A stretch of DNA of 64,000 nucleotides from Bacteroidales bacterium (GTDB lineage Bacteria > Bacteroidota > Bacteroidia > Bacteroidales > VadinHA17): NCBI GenBank assembly GCA_035541795.1, contig DATKMR010000001.1, positions 67,532-131,531 on the forward strand, read 5' to 3'. The notes under the pieces are model-generated. The model was given only the letters and a program-made list of their open reading frames with translations, was not told the DNA's origin and made no database searches. Of the stretch, positions 47,564 to 56,439 are shown piece after piece (the first letter of the stretch is position 1; each line of letters opens with the position of its first letter). The position numbers and the translations under genes are program-made.

Positions 47564-48928
47564 ATGAACGATACTCAGATTTCTGCAGCTTCTGATCCCG
47601 GTCTCCGCAGGGTCCTCCGTCTTCCTGCACTTATCCTGTACGGGATTATCCTGATTCAGCCCACTGCTCCGATGCCGCTATTCGGGGCTGCGGCACATCT
47701 TTCAAACGGCCATGTTGTAACAACCATAATAATCGGAATGGTTGCAATGCTGTTCACCGCCATAAGTTACGGATTGATGGCTAATGTTTACCCGAGTGCA
47801 GGATCGGCCTATGCTTACGTAAGCAGGGAAATACATCCTTCCCTTGGATATTTTGTAGGGTGGGGCATAATCTTCGATTACGTAATGAACCCGATAATCT
47901 GCGTGATTTGGGCAAGCAAGGCCTCGATGAATTTCATTCCCGAGATTCCGTTTGCCGTATATGTAGTTTTTTTCGCATTGCTCTTCACCGGTATGAATCT
48001 GAGGGGAATTGAATCGAGCGCCCGTACAAATGCTGCAATTGCAGCAGGACTTGGAGTTATTATCCTTCTCTTTATCGGGTCGGCAATAAGATACCTGATA
48101 ATTCACCCTGCCGATACCGGAACGTGGACAAGGCCATTCTATAATCCGGATACATTCTCCTTCAGGGCTCTTTCAAAAGGCGCTTCCCTGGCGGTGCTTA
48201 CCTATATCGGGTTTGACGGGATTTCAACCCTTTCGGAGGAGGTTCATAACCCGCGCAAGAATATTCTACGGGCTTCTGTAATAGTATGCCTTATTACCGG
48301 GGTACTTGCATCCATACAAGTATATTTTGCCCAGGTTGTGTGGCCCTCAACAACCTTCCCGGACCAGGACACGGCATTCTGCTATGTTGCAGGTAAAGCC
48401 GGTGGTCAGTGGCTGTTCTACCTTATCAACGTTGCACTCCTTATTGCTACCATTGGTTCAGGTGCCGGTGCACATCTGGGTGCCGGAAGACTCCTTTACG
48501 GAATGGGAAGGGACAACGCGATACCAGGAAAATTCTTCGCCCATCTGAATCCGCGTACACATATCCCCAGCTACAACATCATCCTTATCGGGGCAATCGT
48601 CCTTGGTGGTGCATTCATGCTTTCTTATGAGCTTGGTGCCATGCTGTTGAATTTCGGGGCACTGATCGCATTCATGGGAGTTAATGTTTCGTGCTTCATC
48701 AGGTATTTTCTCAGGGATGAAAAGAAGACCTTCCGGCACTTCATAATTCCGCTCCTGGGATTTGCAGTATGTTTCTACCTGTGGCTCAGTCTCGACTGGA
48801 AGGCAAAAGTGGTGGGAGTATGCTGGCTGTCGTGCGGTTTGATCTACGGTGCTGTAAAAACTTCAGGTTTCAGAAAACCTCTTCAGTTTGCCAAAATTGA
48901 GGTGGATGAGGACGGCACCGGGAAATAA
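47564..48928 (+). CDS. APC-superfamily amino acid/polyamine permease
   Basis: 454-aa ORF with about 12 TM helices and an N-terminal 'LILYGIILIQPTAPMPLFG' APC-like segment. Confidence 0.75.
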   Translation: MNDTQISAASDPGLRRVLRLPALILYGIILIQPTAPMPLFGAAAHLSNGHVVTTIIIGMVAMLFTAISYGLMANVYPSAGSAYAYVSREIHPSLGYFVGWGIIFDYVMNPIICVIWASKASMNFIPEIPFAVYVVFFALLFTGMNLRGIESSARTNAAIAAGLGVIILLFIGSAIRYLIIHPADTGTWTRPFYNPDTFSFRALSKGASLAVLTYIGFDGISTLSEEVHNPRKNILRASVIVCLITGVLASIQVYFAQVVWPSTTFPDQDTAFCYVAGKAGGQWLFYLINVALLIATIGSGAGAHLGAGRLLYGMGRDNAIPGKFFAHLNPRTHIPSYNIILIGAIVLGGAFMLSYELGAMLLNFGALIAFMGVNVSCFIRYFLRDEKKTFRHFIIPLLGFAVCFYLWLSLDWKAKVVGVCWLSCGLIYGAVKTSGFRKPLQFAKIEVDEDGTGK

Positions 48929-48944
48929 GGAATGATGATATATT

Positions 48945-48977
48945 AAAAAAAAATCTGACTGACTGTGAAATCAGATT
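48945..48977 (-). terminator. terminator for the small lipoprotein gene (minus strand)
   Basis: Minus strand reads AATCTGA-(12 nt)-TCAGATT followed by a run of nine T residues. Confidence 0.55.
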
Positions 48978-48989
48978 CAGATTGTTGGT

Positions 48990-49011
48990 TTTCTGCGAAG
49001 CAGAAATTTTT
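48990..49011 (+). terminator. terminator for the APC permease gene (plus strand)
   Basis: TTTCTGC-GAA-GCAGAAA followed by TTTTT. Confidence 0.55.
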
Positions 49012-49033
49012 CCTTGATGTTTACAGCTGCCTG

Positions 49034-49150
49034 TCAGGGATTGTTTGAAACCCTGTGCCTGTCTGTATCTGAGAATGCAGGGCAACTTTTCTGGGTACAG
49101 CCGACAATAAGAACTACGAGCAGGGCGAGCAGGATAAGAAGCTTCTTCAT
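49034..49150 (-). CDS. 38-aa predicted lipoprotein (below the ORF-track size cut-off)
   Basis: Hand translation gives MKKLLILLALLVVLIVGCTQKSCPAFSDTDRHRVSNNP*. This is a classical signal peptide plus lipobox (LIVGC). It has its own downstream terminator. Confidence 0.45.
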   Translation of the reverse strand: MKKLLILLALLVVLIVGCTQKSCPAFSDTDRHRVSNNP

Positions 49151-49267
49151 AGTTTAAACTTTAAATTCCAGCAACAATTATAATTAATATTGTTCAATAT
49201 AACAACGATCCGGGCCAAATCGTTCATCAATAATTCACAAAAAATGATTACATAGTGTCATATGCGA

Positions 49268-49894
49268 TCATTTTTTTGGTGTCATGGCGAACGAAAGTGA
49301 GATTCCTGTTACCTTGTTTTTCATCTCTGTGTTCTTTTTTTCAGAGGGCGACTCGTTCACGAGGCTTGAACCGTACTGAACAGATACTAAAAACTCCCCG
49401 AAGTTTATCCCTGCCCCGGAATTATATCCCAAATCGAATCTTTTAATATCGTCGCCGGGCCCGTTTCCAAATACAATGTTTTTGAATGGTCCTTTAGATT
49501 CAAGAGTATTTCCGCCAACGCCGCATGCTACGTACACTCCGGCAAAAACAACCACCTTAATCTCGCCCGGGCCGAATGTCAGAAAAAGGCTGGCCGGTAT
49601 TTCAGCATAGATGGGCGAGATAGAAAACGTGGAGGAGTCTGTTCTGAAAGATGCCCCCTTTGCTGAGAAGACGAGTGCCGGCCTGAACTGCAGATGCCTG
49701 GCAACAGGAATCTCGAGGTAACCGCCGAAATGAATGCCCGGGGAAATCCTGGGAGAATAGCTGATCTCATTTCTGTTAAGGCTCAGGGATGACAGATTCA
49801 GACCGACGATCTGGCCGTATTTGAGCTGCCCGTCAGCAAGCAGGTGATGGAAGAGCAGAAATAAAAATGCAATGAGCCTGAAATGAAATCGCAT
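49268..49894 (-). CDS. outer-membrane beta-barrel (porin-family / OMP_b-brl_2-like) protein
   Basis: The start is taken at ATG 49894 (MRFHFRLIAFLFLLFHHLLADGQ). The track start at 50023 overlaps the upstream MFS gene. The body shows an alternating beta-strand pattern. Confidence 0.65.
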   Translation of the reverse strand: MRFHFRLIAFLFLLFHHLLADGQLKYGQIVGLNLSSLSLNRNEISYSPRISPGIHFGGYLEIPVARHLQFRPALVFSAKGASFRTDSSTFSISPIYAEIPASLFLTFGPGEIKVVVFAGVYVACGVGGNTLESKGPFKNIVFGNGPGDDIKRFDLGYNSGAGINFGEFLVSVQYGSSLVNESPSEKKNTEMKNKVTGISLSFAMTPKK

Positions 49895-49976
49895 TTTAAA
49901 TTGCTTTAAGCCAGGTCGTTTAAAGATGCAGTATCCCTGTAATACAAAGATACGCGATAAACAGGAGAAAGTCAAC

Positions 49977-51242
49977 CTAAGGCAGCTCCCCGAAGGAAGC
50001 AAGTGTATCCTGCTCCGGCACATCTTCAGCCTTTACAGTCAGGGGCTCAACCAGCTGGAAAGCTTTTATCCGGGCCACCAGCAGGGTGACCCCGAGCCCG
50101 AAGAACCCAATGATTGTAAAGGAATAGCGCAACCCGAAAAGCTGGGACACGTTCCCGATCAGCGGCGGGCCCATCAGAAATCCGAGAAATCCGACACCCG
50201 AAACAGTAGCGAGTGCAATTCCTGCAGGGACCTTCCCGTACCTACCAGCTGTGCTGTAGACTGTCGGAACGATGCTCGACACGCCGAGCCCGACAATCAT
50301 GAATGCGATCGTGCAGGTGACCAGGGTCGGGAGGGCCACTGCCGTAAAAAGGCCGGCTGATATCATTACACCTGCAAACTGCAGCAGCCTCTTCCTGCCG
50401 ATCCTTGCGATAATCCTGTCGGCCATGAACCGGCCCGCTGCCATCATGATCATGAAAGAGGTGTACCCGAGTATGATAAGTGAATGCGGCGCTTTAACAA
50501 CATCCTTGAAATAAACGCCGCTCCAGTCGAACATTGCTCCTTCGCTGGCCATGCTGCAAAAGCAGATTATGCCAAGCTGAAGCAGAACGGCATCGGGCAT
50601 AGAAAGGAATTTCCTCCGTGGTTCACCGGCTCCCTGTGAGATTTTTACCCTGTTCAGGTATGGGAAATTAAATCGGAATATAATCAGGATAATGAACATG
50701 ATTATGAGAAAGTGCCATTTCGGCGCAACTTTCAGGTTGATCATCATCAGTCCGATCAGTGCGCCCGTGAAGCCAGCCAGGCTCCAAACCCCGTGAAAGG
50801 AGGCCATTATCTGGCGCCCGTAGTTTTTTTCAGTTGTAACACCCTGTGTATTAGTCGAGATGTTGCAAAGGTTCGCCGACAGCCCGAAGAAAAACAGGAC
50901 AATTGCCAGCTGCCATCCCGATCCGACCCACCCGATGATATTTGTGAAAATGGTATAGGCGGGCAGGGCAAATATTATTGTCCGGTGACTCCCGAAGCGT
51001 GTAACGAGCCTCCCCGAGACCGGCATCATAAGGAGCTGTCCCACAGGAATGGCAAAAAGGATTGAACCAAGCCTTCCGTCGCTGAGATTAAGGTATGTTT
51101 TAATGTCAGGTATCCTGCTGGCCCATGAAGCAAAACAGAGTCCCATGCAGAAGTATGTGAGGGCAACTGCTATGCGGGTCCTTTTCCTGTCAGAGTTTTC
51201 AGGTATGGAGCCGAAAAAGATCTTTTGAATAACTGGCATCAT
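49977..51242 (-). CDS. MFS transporter
   Basis: 421-aa ORF with 12 predicted TM helices. Confidence 0.75.
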   Translation of the reverse strand: MMPVIQKIFFGSIPENSDRKRTRIAVALTYFCMGLCFASWASRIPDIKTYLNLSDGRLGSILFAIPVGQLLMMPVSGRLVTRFGSHRTIIFALPAYTIFTNIIGWVGSGWQLAIVLFFFGLSANLCNISTNTQGVTTEKNYGRQIMASFHGVWSLAGFTGALIGLMMINLKVAPKWHFLIIMFIILIIFRFNFPYLNRVKISQGAGEPRRKFLSMPDAVLLQLGIICFCSMASEGAMFDWSGVYFKDVVKAPHSLIILGYTSFMIMMAAGRFMADRIIARIGRKRLLQFAGVMISAGLFTAVALPTLVTCTIAFMIVGLGVSSIVPTVYSTAGRYGKVPAGIALATVSGVGFLGFLMGPPLIGNVSQLFGLRYSFTIIGFFGLGVTLLVARIKAFQLVEPLTVKAEDVPEQDTLASFGELP

Positions 51243-51341
51243 TAAGATGAGTCAACAGGGCGTAAAAATATCAAATCGGTATAATAAACCTCAATACCCC
51301 TGTAATAAATATGCGAATGGTGTGTTTCGGGCACCCGGGTT

Positions 51342-51803
51342 TTAAAACCTGAAAAAGAAATTTGCCGAACCGGTAGGGAAAACGGATAGAGATCCGGTCA
51401 GGGCTTTATCAAAAAGTAAATCGATTCCCAGGTCAAGGTTAAGGCCAAGGTGACCGGTAAAATTGATGGTCCTGCCCACCCTGGGGTAAATAACTGTTTT
51501 TTCAAATGTTGAATATCCCTTCGCGAAGATTGTTGATCCGGCGCCGGCCAGCAGGTAAAATGCTTTCTGTGTTCCATACATCTGCTTCCCCGCGAAGTGC
51601 CCGCAAATCTCTATACCTGTCAGAAGCGGGCTGCCCTGGTAGAATATCTGGCTGACGCCGAACTGCAAATTGTTTCCGTACCTGAATTTGAATCCCCACC
51701 CCTCATTAACCGTAACACCGAATGAGCCTTCGTACTTTCCCTGTGGGAAAGCAAGCTGGGTTGCAATGAACAGCATGATCGCGAGCAGTGCTGATTTTTT
51801 CAT
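51342..51803 (-). CDS. small outer-membrane beta-barrel protein
   Basis: The start is taken at ATG 51803 (MKKSALLAIMLFIATQLAFPQ). The protein ends in '...ANFFFRF', an aromatic OMP-type C-terminus. Confidence 0.6.
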   Translation of the reverse strand: MKKSALLAIMLFIATQLAFPQGKYEGSFGVTVNEGWGFKFRYGNNLQFGVSQIFYQGSPLLTGIEICGHFAGKQMYGTQKAFYLLAGAGSTIFAKGYSTFEKTVIYPRVGRTINFTGHLGLNLDLGIDLLFDKALTGSLSVFPTGSANFFFRF

Positions 51804-51926
51804 ACCTCTCTTTTCCGGAAATTTACACCAAATCATGAAGAAAAAGTAACTTTTCTGCCCTTGCCCGGCCGGCAAGATTACCTCTCCGGGCCAGGCAATA
51901 CTTTCTATAGTCAGGTGACAGGGATA

Positions 51927-51948
51927 AAAGATTTGCCGGGAAATCTTT
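51927..51948 (-). terminator. AT-rich hairpin just after the fibre-gene stop
   Basis: AAAGATTT-CCCGGC-AAATCTTT on the minus strand, followed by TAT. The U-tract is weak. Confidence 0.35.
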
Positions 51949-51956
51949 ACAGCCTG

Positions 51957-54815
51957 CTATTTGTTTCCCGATGCCAGAGTGGCTTTTATCCGGGCAACTT
52001 CCTCTCTCAGGTCCTGCAACTGCGACCGGAGCTCCTCGTTTTCACTTTTGTAGGAAAGGATCTCACGCTGCTGCTCTTTATTGTTCGAGTCCAGTTCCTT
52101 GACAGCGTTGATGAGGGGAACTACGAAATCCCCATATGATAATGACAGCGTCTTCATCTTATCATCACCAACAACAAGCCCGCTGAAATTAAGATGAAGC
52201 TCCTCCAGTACCTTCTGAACATCCTGGGCAACCAATCCGTCGCGCCTGCGCTTGTTGGCATCATCCTTGTAATTGAATGAAACAGTTTTCAGCCTGACAA
52301 TGAAAGGAAGGCCAAGGTCGTTTTTATAGGAAATATTCTCTTTCAGTCTGCTGTCTGAATAATTCGACCAGTTGGCGTATCCGCCAATTGTGAGTACGGA
52401 TGAGTTGCCAATGCAGATCCAGTTATTGTTGCCTACATATGCCCCGTTGCCTATCGCTGCAGCATTGGTTATGCCGTCTGCAATGTTGGCACCATTACCG
52501 ACCACAGTATTAAAGGAATTTGTTTTCATCGATGAACCTGCATAGTACCCGATAATGATATTGTTGTACCCGGTAGTAAGGTTATAACCCGTGTAGTTCC
52601 CAAGTGTGCAATTCTGAACGCCGCTCGACAATTTATAAGCGCTGTATGTGCCAAATATCGCATTGTTTACAGGAGCTCCGCCATTGACTCCGTAGCAGGC
52701 CTGGTACCCGAATACTGCGTTATAATATCCTGTCCAGATATTGGTGCCTGCACCGTCGCCCACGCAGGCGTTGCTATATCCGGTGGTACAGCTGTATCCG
52801 GTACTGTTTCCAAGGAATACGTTGGCGGTTCCTGAAGATGTATTGTATCCCGATGCGGCACCTATAAATGTATTAACGGCGGTACCGTTGACGCCGAAAT
52901 TGCCTCCGGCATTCCAGCCTACGACTACGTTTCCGCTCGATTTGGATAGCCAGCCGGCATTGTTTCCGATCATAACATTGTAGCTCCCGGTATTGTATCC
53001 GGCACATTCATCGCCGATATAGACATTATATGACCCTGTACTGTTGGTTCCCCCGCAGTCACTTCCCAGGAAGACGTTCCTTATACCGGTTGTATTGGAC
53101 CCGCCTACGTTATAACCTATAAAGGTATTATAGGAACCTGTTAGGTTTGCAACACCTGCATTGTATCCGATAAATGAGTTATATCCGCCGTTTGTGTTTG
53201 CCTTGCCGGCCTGGTATCCTATAAATGAGTTATAGTTTGAATTAGTCGTGAAACCCGCATAGTATCCCAGAAAAACATTATAGGTTCCGCTTGAATTGGT
53301 AAACCCTGCATTATTTCCAAGGAACACGTTGTTACTGGCATTATTTGTATAACCAGCATTGAAGCCGAGGAACACGTTGTTTCCTCCTGTAGTATTTGAA
53401 TAGCCGGCATTATTCCCTATAAGCACATTGCTTGATCCGGTGGTATTCTGGTGGCCCGAGAAATACCCCATAAATGCATTATTGGTCCCCGATGAATTCA
53501 TCTTCCCGCTTTCGTTCCCGAGGAAAACATTGTTATCTGTATTGTTATTGTAGCCTGCATAATATCCAAGGAAGACATTGTTATTACCTGTCTGGTTAGA
53601 ATAGCCGGCATTGTTGCCAATAATCACGTTGCTTGAGCCTGAGCTGTTTCTGAATCCGGTGCTGGTCCCCAGAAGCACATTATTGGTCCCGCTTAAATTG
53701 TTCATTCCAGATTCAAATCCGATAAATGTGTTATTGTCCCCCTGGTTTGCATAGCCGGTTTCATTTCCAAGAAAAACATTGTATGATGCTCCTGCGTTGC
53801 CCAGGCCTGAATGATAGCCAATCATCACATTGTTTCCACCCGTGGAAGATACCGTATCTGTTTCAAATCCAAAAAATGAGTTGTACAAACCGGTGGTGTT
53901 CTTGCCGCTGTTTTGTCCTATGAAGTAGTTTTCAGGTGTTAGGGATGTAAAGGAGGATATTGATGATCCTTTCGATTTATCGAACCCGCCGATTGCGAAC
54001 CCGCCTTTGGCACCTTTAGAAGGATTGGCAATATAGAATCTGGCACTGTCCCTGGAAACCTTGAGATATTGTTCACCCGGGGCCTTATTGGTGCTGAATC
54101 CTCCTATGGCAAAACCACCCTTGGTGCTTCCCTTGGTAGTGTTGGTGCCGATGTATGCCCTGATACTGTCAGGATCAACAACAAGCAGGGGCTGAGATAC
54201 CGTTCCCTTATTTGTGCCAAAACCGCCAATTGCAAATCCGCCCTTGTTGGATCCTTTTACCCCGTTATCGACATAGGCACGGATCCCTTCATTGTAAACT
54301 GCAAAGACAATCTGGCCGGTATTGTTTCTTACCACGAAGAGGGCAGAGTCCATGAGGCTTGTATTACCCGACACACTGACATAGGGAAGTGAACCCCCTA
54401 TGTTATTGGCCATAAGGGCATACGGGACGCTCAGGAGCTGGCTTGTGCCTGTGATCATATAGTTTGTTCCGCCCGAGGGATCGGTCTCTGTCTTGATGAA
54501 GTATGGCCCGTCTGCCCAGTTGATGGCAGAAAATGTACCTGATGAAGGTATTCCCGCTCCAATTGTAACTGTCACCAGCCCGTTCAGATTAGTCTGGGGA
54601 TTCGGGCTGTAGGTCTCCTGGTAAACGAGTGTGCCGGTTGGAGAACCTTTGAGGATGCTGATACGCATACCCACTGATTGATTTGAGACAAGAACATTAC
54701 TGCTGTTGCGTATTACTGCCTGATAACTCATATAATGAGGCGCCTGTGCAGTTATGACCTGACCGGAAAGGATCATTATTATGCAGCTAATCAGATGGGT
54801 AATTAATTTTTTCAT
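51957..54815 (-). CDS. secreted repeat-rich fibre protein with C-terminal tail-fibre intramolecular chaperone (Peptidase_S74) domain
   Basis: 952-aa ORF with a signal peptide (…ILSGQVITAQA). The conserved N-domain ends in 'QLLSVPYALMAN'. It has three 'KGGFAIGGF' modules and about 30 Asn/Gly-rich 15-17-aa repeats. The C-terminus 'SDSRLKENISYKNDLG...GLVAQDVQKVLEE' plus a coiled coil matches the S74 chaperone signature. Confidence 0.85.
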   Translation of the reverse strand: MKKLITHLISCIIMILSGQVITAQAPHYMSYQAVIRNSSNVLVSNQSVGMRISILKGSPTGTLVYQETYSPNPQTNLNGLVTVTIGAGIPSSGTFSAINWADGPYFIKTETDPSGGTNYMITGTSQLLSVPYALMANNIGGSLPYVSVSGNTSLMDSALFVVRNNTGQIVFAVYNEGIRAYVDNGVKGSNKGGFAIGGFGTNKGTVSQPLLVVDPDSIRAYIGTNTTKGSTKGGFAIGGFSTNKAPGEQYLKVSRDSARFYIANPSKGAKGGFAIGGFDKSKGSSISSFTSLTPENYFIGQNSGKNTTGLYNSFFGFETDTVSSTGGNNVMIGYHSGLGNAGASYNVFLGNETGYANQGDNNTFIGFESGMNNLSGTNNVLLGTSTGFRNSSGSSNVIIGNNAGYSNQTGNNNVFLGYYAGYNNNTDNNVFLGNESGKMNSSGTNNAFMGYFSGHQNTTGSSNVLIGNNAGYSNTTGGNNVFLGFNAGYTNNASNNVFLGNNAGFTNSSGTYNVFLGYYAGFTTNSNYNSFIGYQAGKANTNGGYNSFIGYNAGVANLTGSYNTFIGYNVGGSNTTGIRNVFLGSDCGGTNSTGSYNVYIGDECAGYNTGSYNVMIGNNAGWLSKSSGNVVVGWNAGGNFGVNGTAVNTFIGAASGYNTSSGTANVFLGNSTGYSCTTGYSNACVGDGAGTNIWTGYYNAVFGYQACYGVNGGAPVNNAIFGTYSAYKLSSGVQNCTLGNYTGYNLTTGYNNIIIGYYAGSSMKTNSFNTVVGNGANIADGITNAAAIGNGAYVGNNNWICIGNSSVLTIGGYANWSNYSDSRLKENISYKNDLGLPFIVRLKTVSFNYKDDANKRRRDGLVAQDVQKVLEELHLNFSGLVVGDDKMKTLSLSYGDFVVPLINAVKELDSNNKEQQREILSYKSENEELRSQLQDLREEVARIKATLASGNK
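52415..53843 (-). repeat. protein-coding degenerate tandem repeats (period ~45-51 nt) inside the fibre gene
   Basis: The repeats have the form 'NNVFLG(Y/N)xAG(Y/F)xNxxGxx', about thirty copies by eye count. They are degenerate at the DNA level, so this is not a CRISPR or a simple satellite. Confidence 0.75.
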
Positions 54816-55224
54816 ATTTGTCAGTTTTACATGGTTTCTGAAGTTTTCAGGGTCCGGCGGACCACTTAATATTTTTCTGTATCATCTCCGCCCAAAGTGC
54901 TTACTGCTTTTTCTCGACCAACTCCAAAAATTCATCCCTGCAGGAAATTCAGGTTGTCCCCTGCAAACACAAAAAAATCAAATTGCCTCACAGGTGGTCA
55001 AAGGATATTCTGATACAAATGATCAAATTTACGAGAGGATATCAATACAAGTCAAGTTTTTTTGACAGATTGACTTTAAGAAGTGGCGGACGGCAGTTTT
55101 CTTTAGAAAATAATATCCTTCATCTCCGTCAGCACCCTGACCCGGTGACAAGGCGAAACCTGTCACGGCGTCAGGGCCCCTGACCATCCCGGCATGTCGG
55201 AACGTGTAGGCCAGTTGAGCTGTT

Positions 55225-55263
55225 AAAAAAGCGAAGCCCGCCTACGCTAAAGCTTCGGCGGGC
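55225..55263 (-). terminator. rho-independent terminator after tRNA-Ala
   Basis: Minus strand reads GCCCGCC-(14 nt)-GGCGGGC then TTCGCTTTTTT. Confidence 0.65.
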
Positions 55264-55268
55264 GAAGG

Positions 55269-55342
55269 TGGAGAATAGGGGAATCGAACCCCTGACCTTG
55301 TGACTGCCAGTCACACGCTCTAGCCAACTGAGCTAATTCCCC
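55269..55342 (-). tRNA. tRNA-Ala (anticodon GGC)
   Basis: Hand-folded cloverleaf: acceptor GGGGAAT/ATTCTCC with the G3:U70 alanine identity pair, D-arm GCTC/GAGC, anticodon loop CUGGCAG, T-arm AGGGG-TTCGATT-CCCCT, discriminator A. CCA is not fully encoded. Confidence 0.9.
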
Positions 55343-55375
55343 GGTAAAGAACTTTTATGTTCAGGTTGAACTCCG

Positions 55376-55383
55376 CAAATGTA
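55376..55383 (-). promoter_or_regulatory. candidate -7 promoter box (TACATTTG) for tRNA-Ala
   Basis: TAnnTTTG match on the minus strand, about 34 nt upstream of the mature tRNA 5' end. Confidence 0.35.
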
Positions 55384-55574
55384 AAAAAAAATCCCAAGAT
55401 TCATCGTCCGGAAAACTTTGCATGAATTTTGAGGTTCTCTTAAAATTGGGTTAAATATTCAGGACCATGTTTTTCATTACAAAAAAAAGGAGAAATTTGC
55501 AGCATTATTTTATATATCAAGTCATTTTGCAGCAGGATAATTATAAATGAAGATCAATTTTCAAATGATAACAG

Positions 55575-56357
55575 ATGAAAGACCGGCAGGCATTTGAGGA
55601 TCTGATCTTCGAAAACAGGAACAAGGAATACGGGGCTTACAAGCTCCGCAGCAACTATAGCCGTCTTGTCAACCGGTCAACGCTGATCGCGGTGGTCCTG
55701 ATGAGTCTCCTGGTTATTATTCCTTTTATCGAGGTTCTTACTGAGAAGGAGGATAACGGTGTAAGGATAGGCTCAAGGGCAATAACGGTCGAGATGGATA
55801 ACCTTCAGCCGCCTAAAGATGAGATGGTGCAACCGCCTGAAGCACCACCGCCTCCACCATCACAGCCGGTTGTCAAGTATATTCCGCCTGTAATTGTGGA
55901 TTCCATCCCGCCAAATGTCAAACAGCCGCCAACGATGGCAGAAATTGAAGCCTCGTCGGACAAGGACAATAAGGATCTTTCAGTTTCGAATTCGGCAAGC
56001 GACAACGAACTGATGGGTGATCCAAACGGAACCGGTGGCGATGAGCCGTTCATGATAGTGGAAGTGAAGCCGACTTTCAGGGGAGGGGATGAAAAGAAAT
56101 TCCGCGACTGGGTTGTCAACAGGGTGATTTATCCCAAGGAAGCCGAGAATAAGAAAATTCACGGCAAGGTAATGATAACCTTTGTAATAGAACGCGACGG
56201 ATCGGTTAGCAACGTCACTATTCTCAAGGGTGTCGATCCCCTTCTCGACGATGCCGCTAAAAAAGCTATTGAGTCATCACCCAAATGGAGCCCCGGCCTG
56301 CAGCGCGGAAAGCCTGTACGCTTCCGTTTTTCCATTGCACTGAACTTCCAGCTTTGA
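55575..56357 (+). CDS. tonB: energy transducer TonB
   Basis: 260-aa ORF. N-terminal 'NKEYGAYKLR' plus a TM anchor, a Pro-rich spacer 'PPEAPPPPPSQPVVKYIPP', and a TonB C-terminal domain 'GKVMITFVIERDGSVSNVTILKG'. Confidence 0.85.
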   Translation: MKDRQAFEDLIFENRNKEYGAYKLRSNYSRLVNRSTLIAVVLMSLLVIIPFIEVLTEKEDNGVRIGSRAITVEMDNLQPPKDEMVQPPEAPPPPPSQPVVKYIPPVIVDSIPPNVKQPPTMAEIEASSDKDNKDLSVSNSASDNELMGDPNGTGGDEPFMIVEVKPTFRGGDEKKFRDWVVNRVIYPKEAENKKIHGKVMITFVIERDGSVSNVTILKGVDPLLDDAAKKAIESSPKWSPGLQRGKPVRFRFSIALNFQL

Positions 56358-56439
56358 TCTCTGCATAAACTTCCTTACGGCCCGGTAGTTTATTCCAATG
56401 ATTTTTTTACCTTTAACTCAACTTCTAAAACTAATGATC

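Noticed and set aside
52415-53843. Regular ~48-nt periodicity that could be mistaken for a CRISPR or satellite array.
   Set aside because: The periodicity is at the protein level (Asn/Gly-rich beta-helix repeats) inside one continuous ORF. The DNA copies are degenerate and there are no unique spacers.
54781-55183. Two + strand ORFs (94 aa and 66 aa) in the gap upstream of the fibre gene.
   Set aside because: The first starts antisense inside the fibre gene's signal-peptide region. Both give implausible basic, low-complexity products with no motifs, so I treat them as non-coding.
51342-55342. A possible tRNA-associated genomic island or prophage remnant carrying the tail-fibre-like gene.
   Set aside because: I found no integrase, no phage structural genes, no direct repeat of the tRNA 3' end and no obvious composition shift. 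Only the single fibre gene has phage ancestry, so an island call is unsupported.
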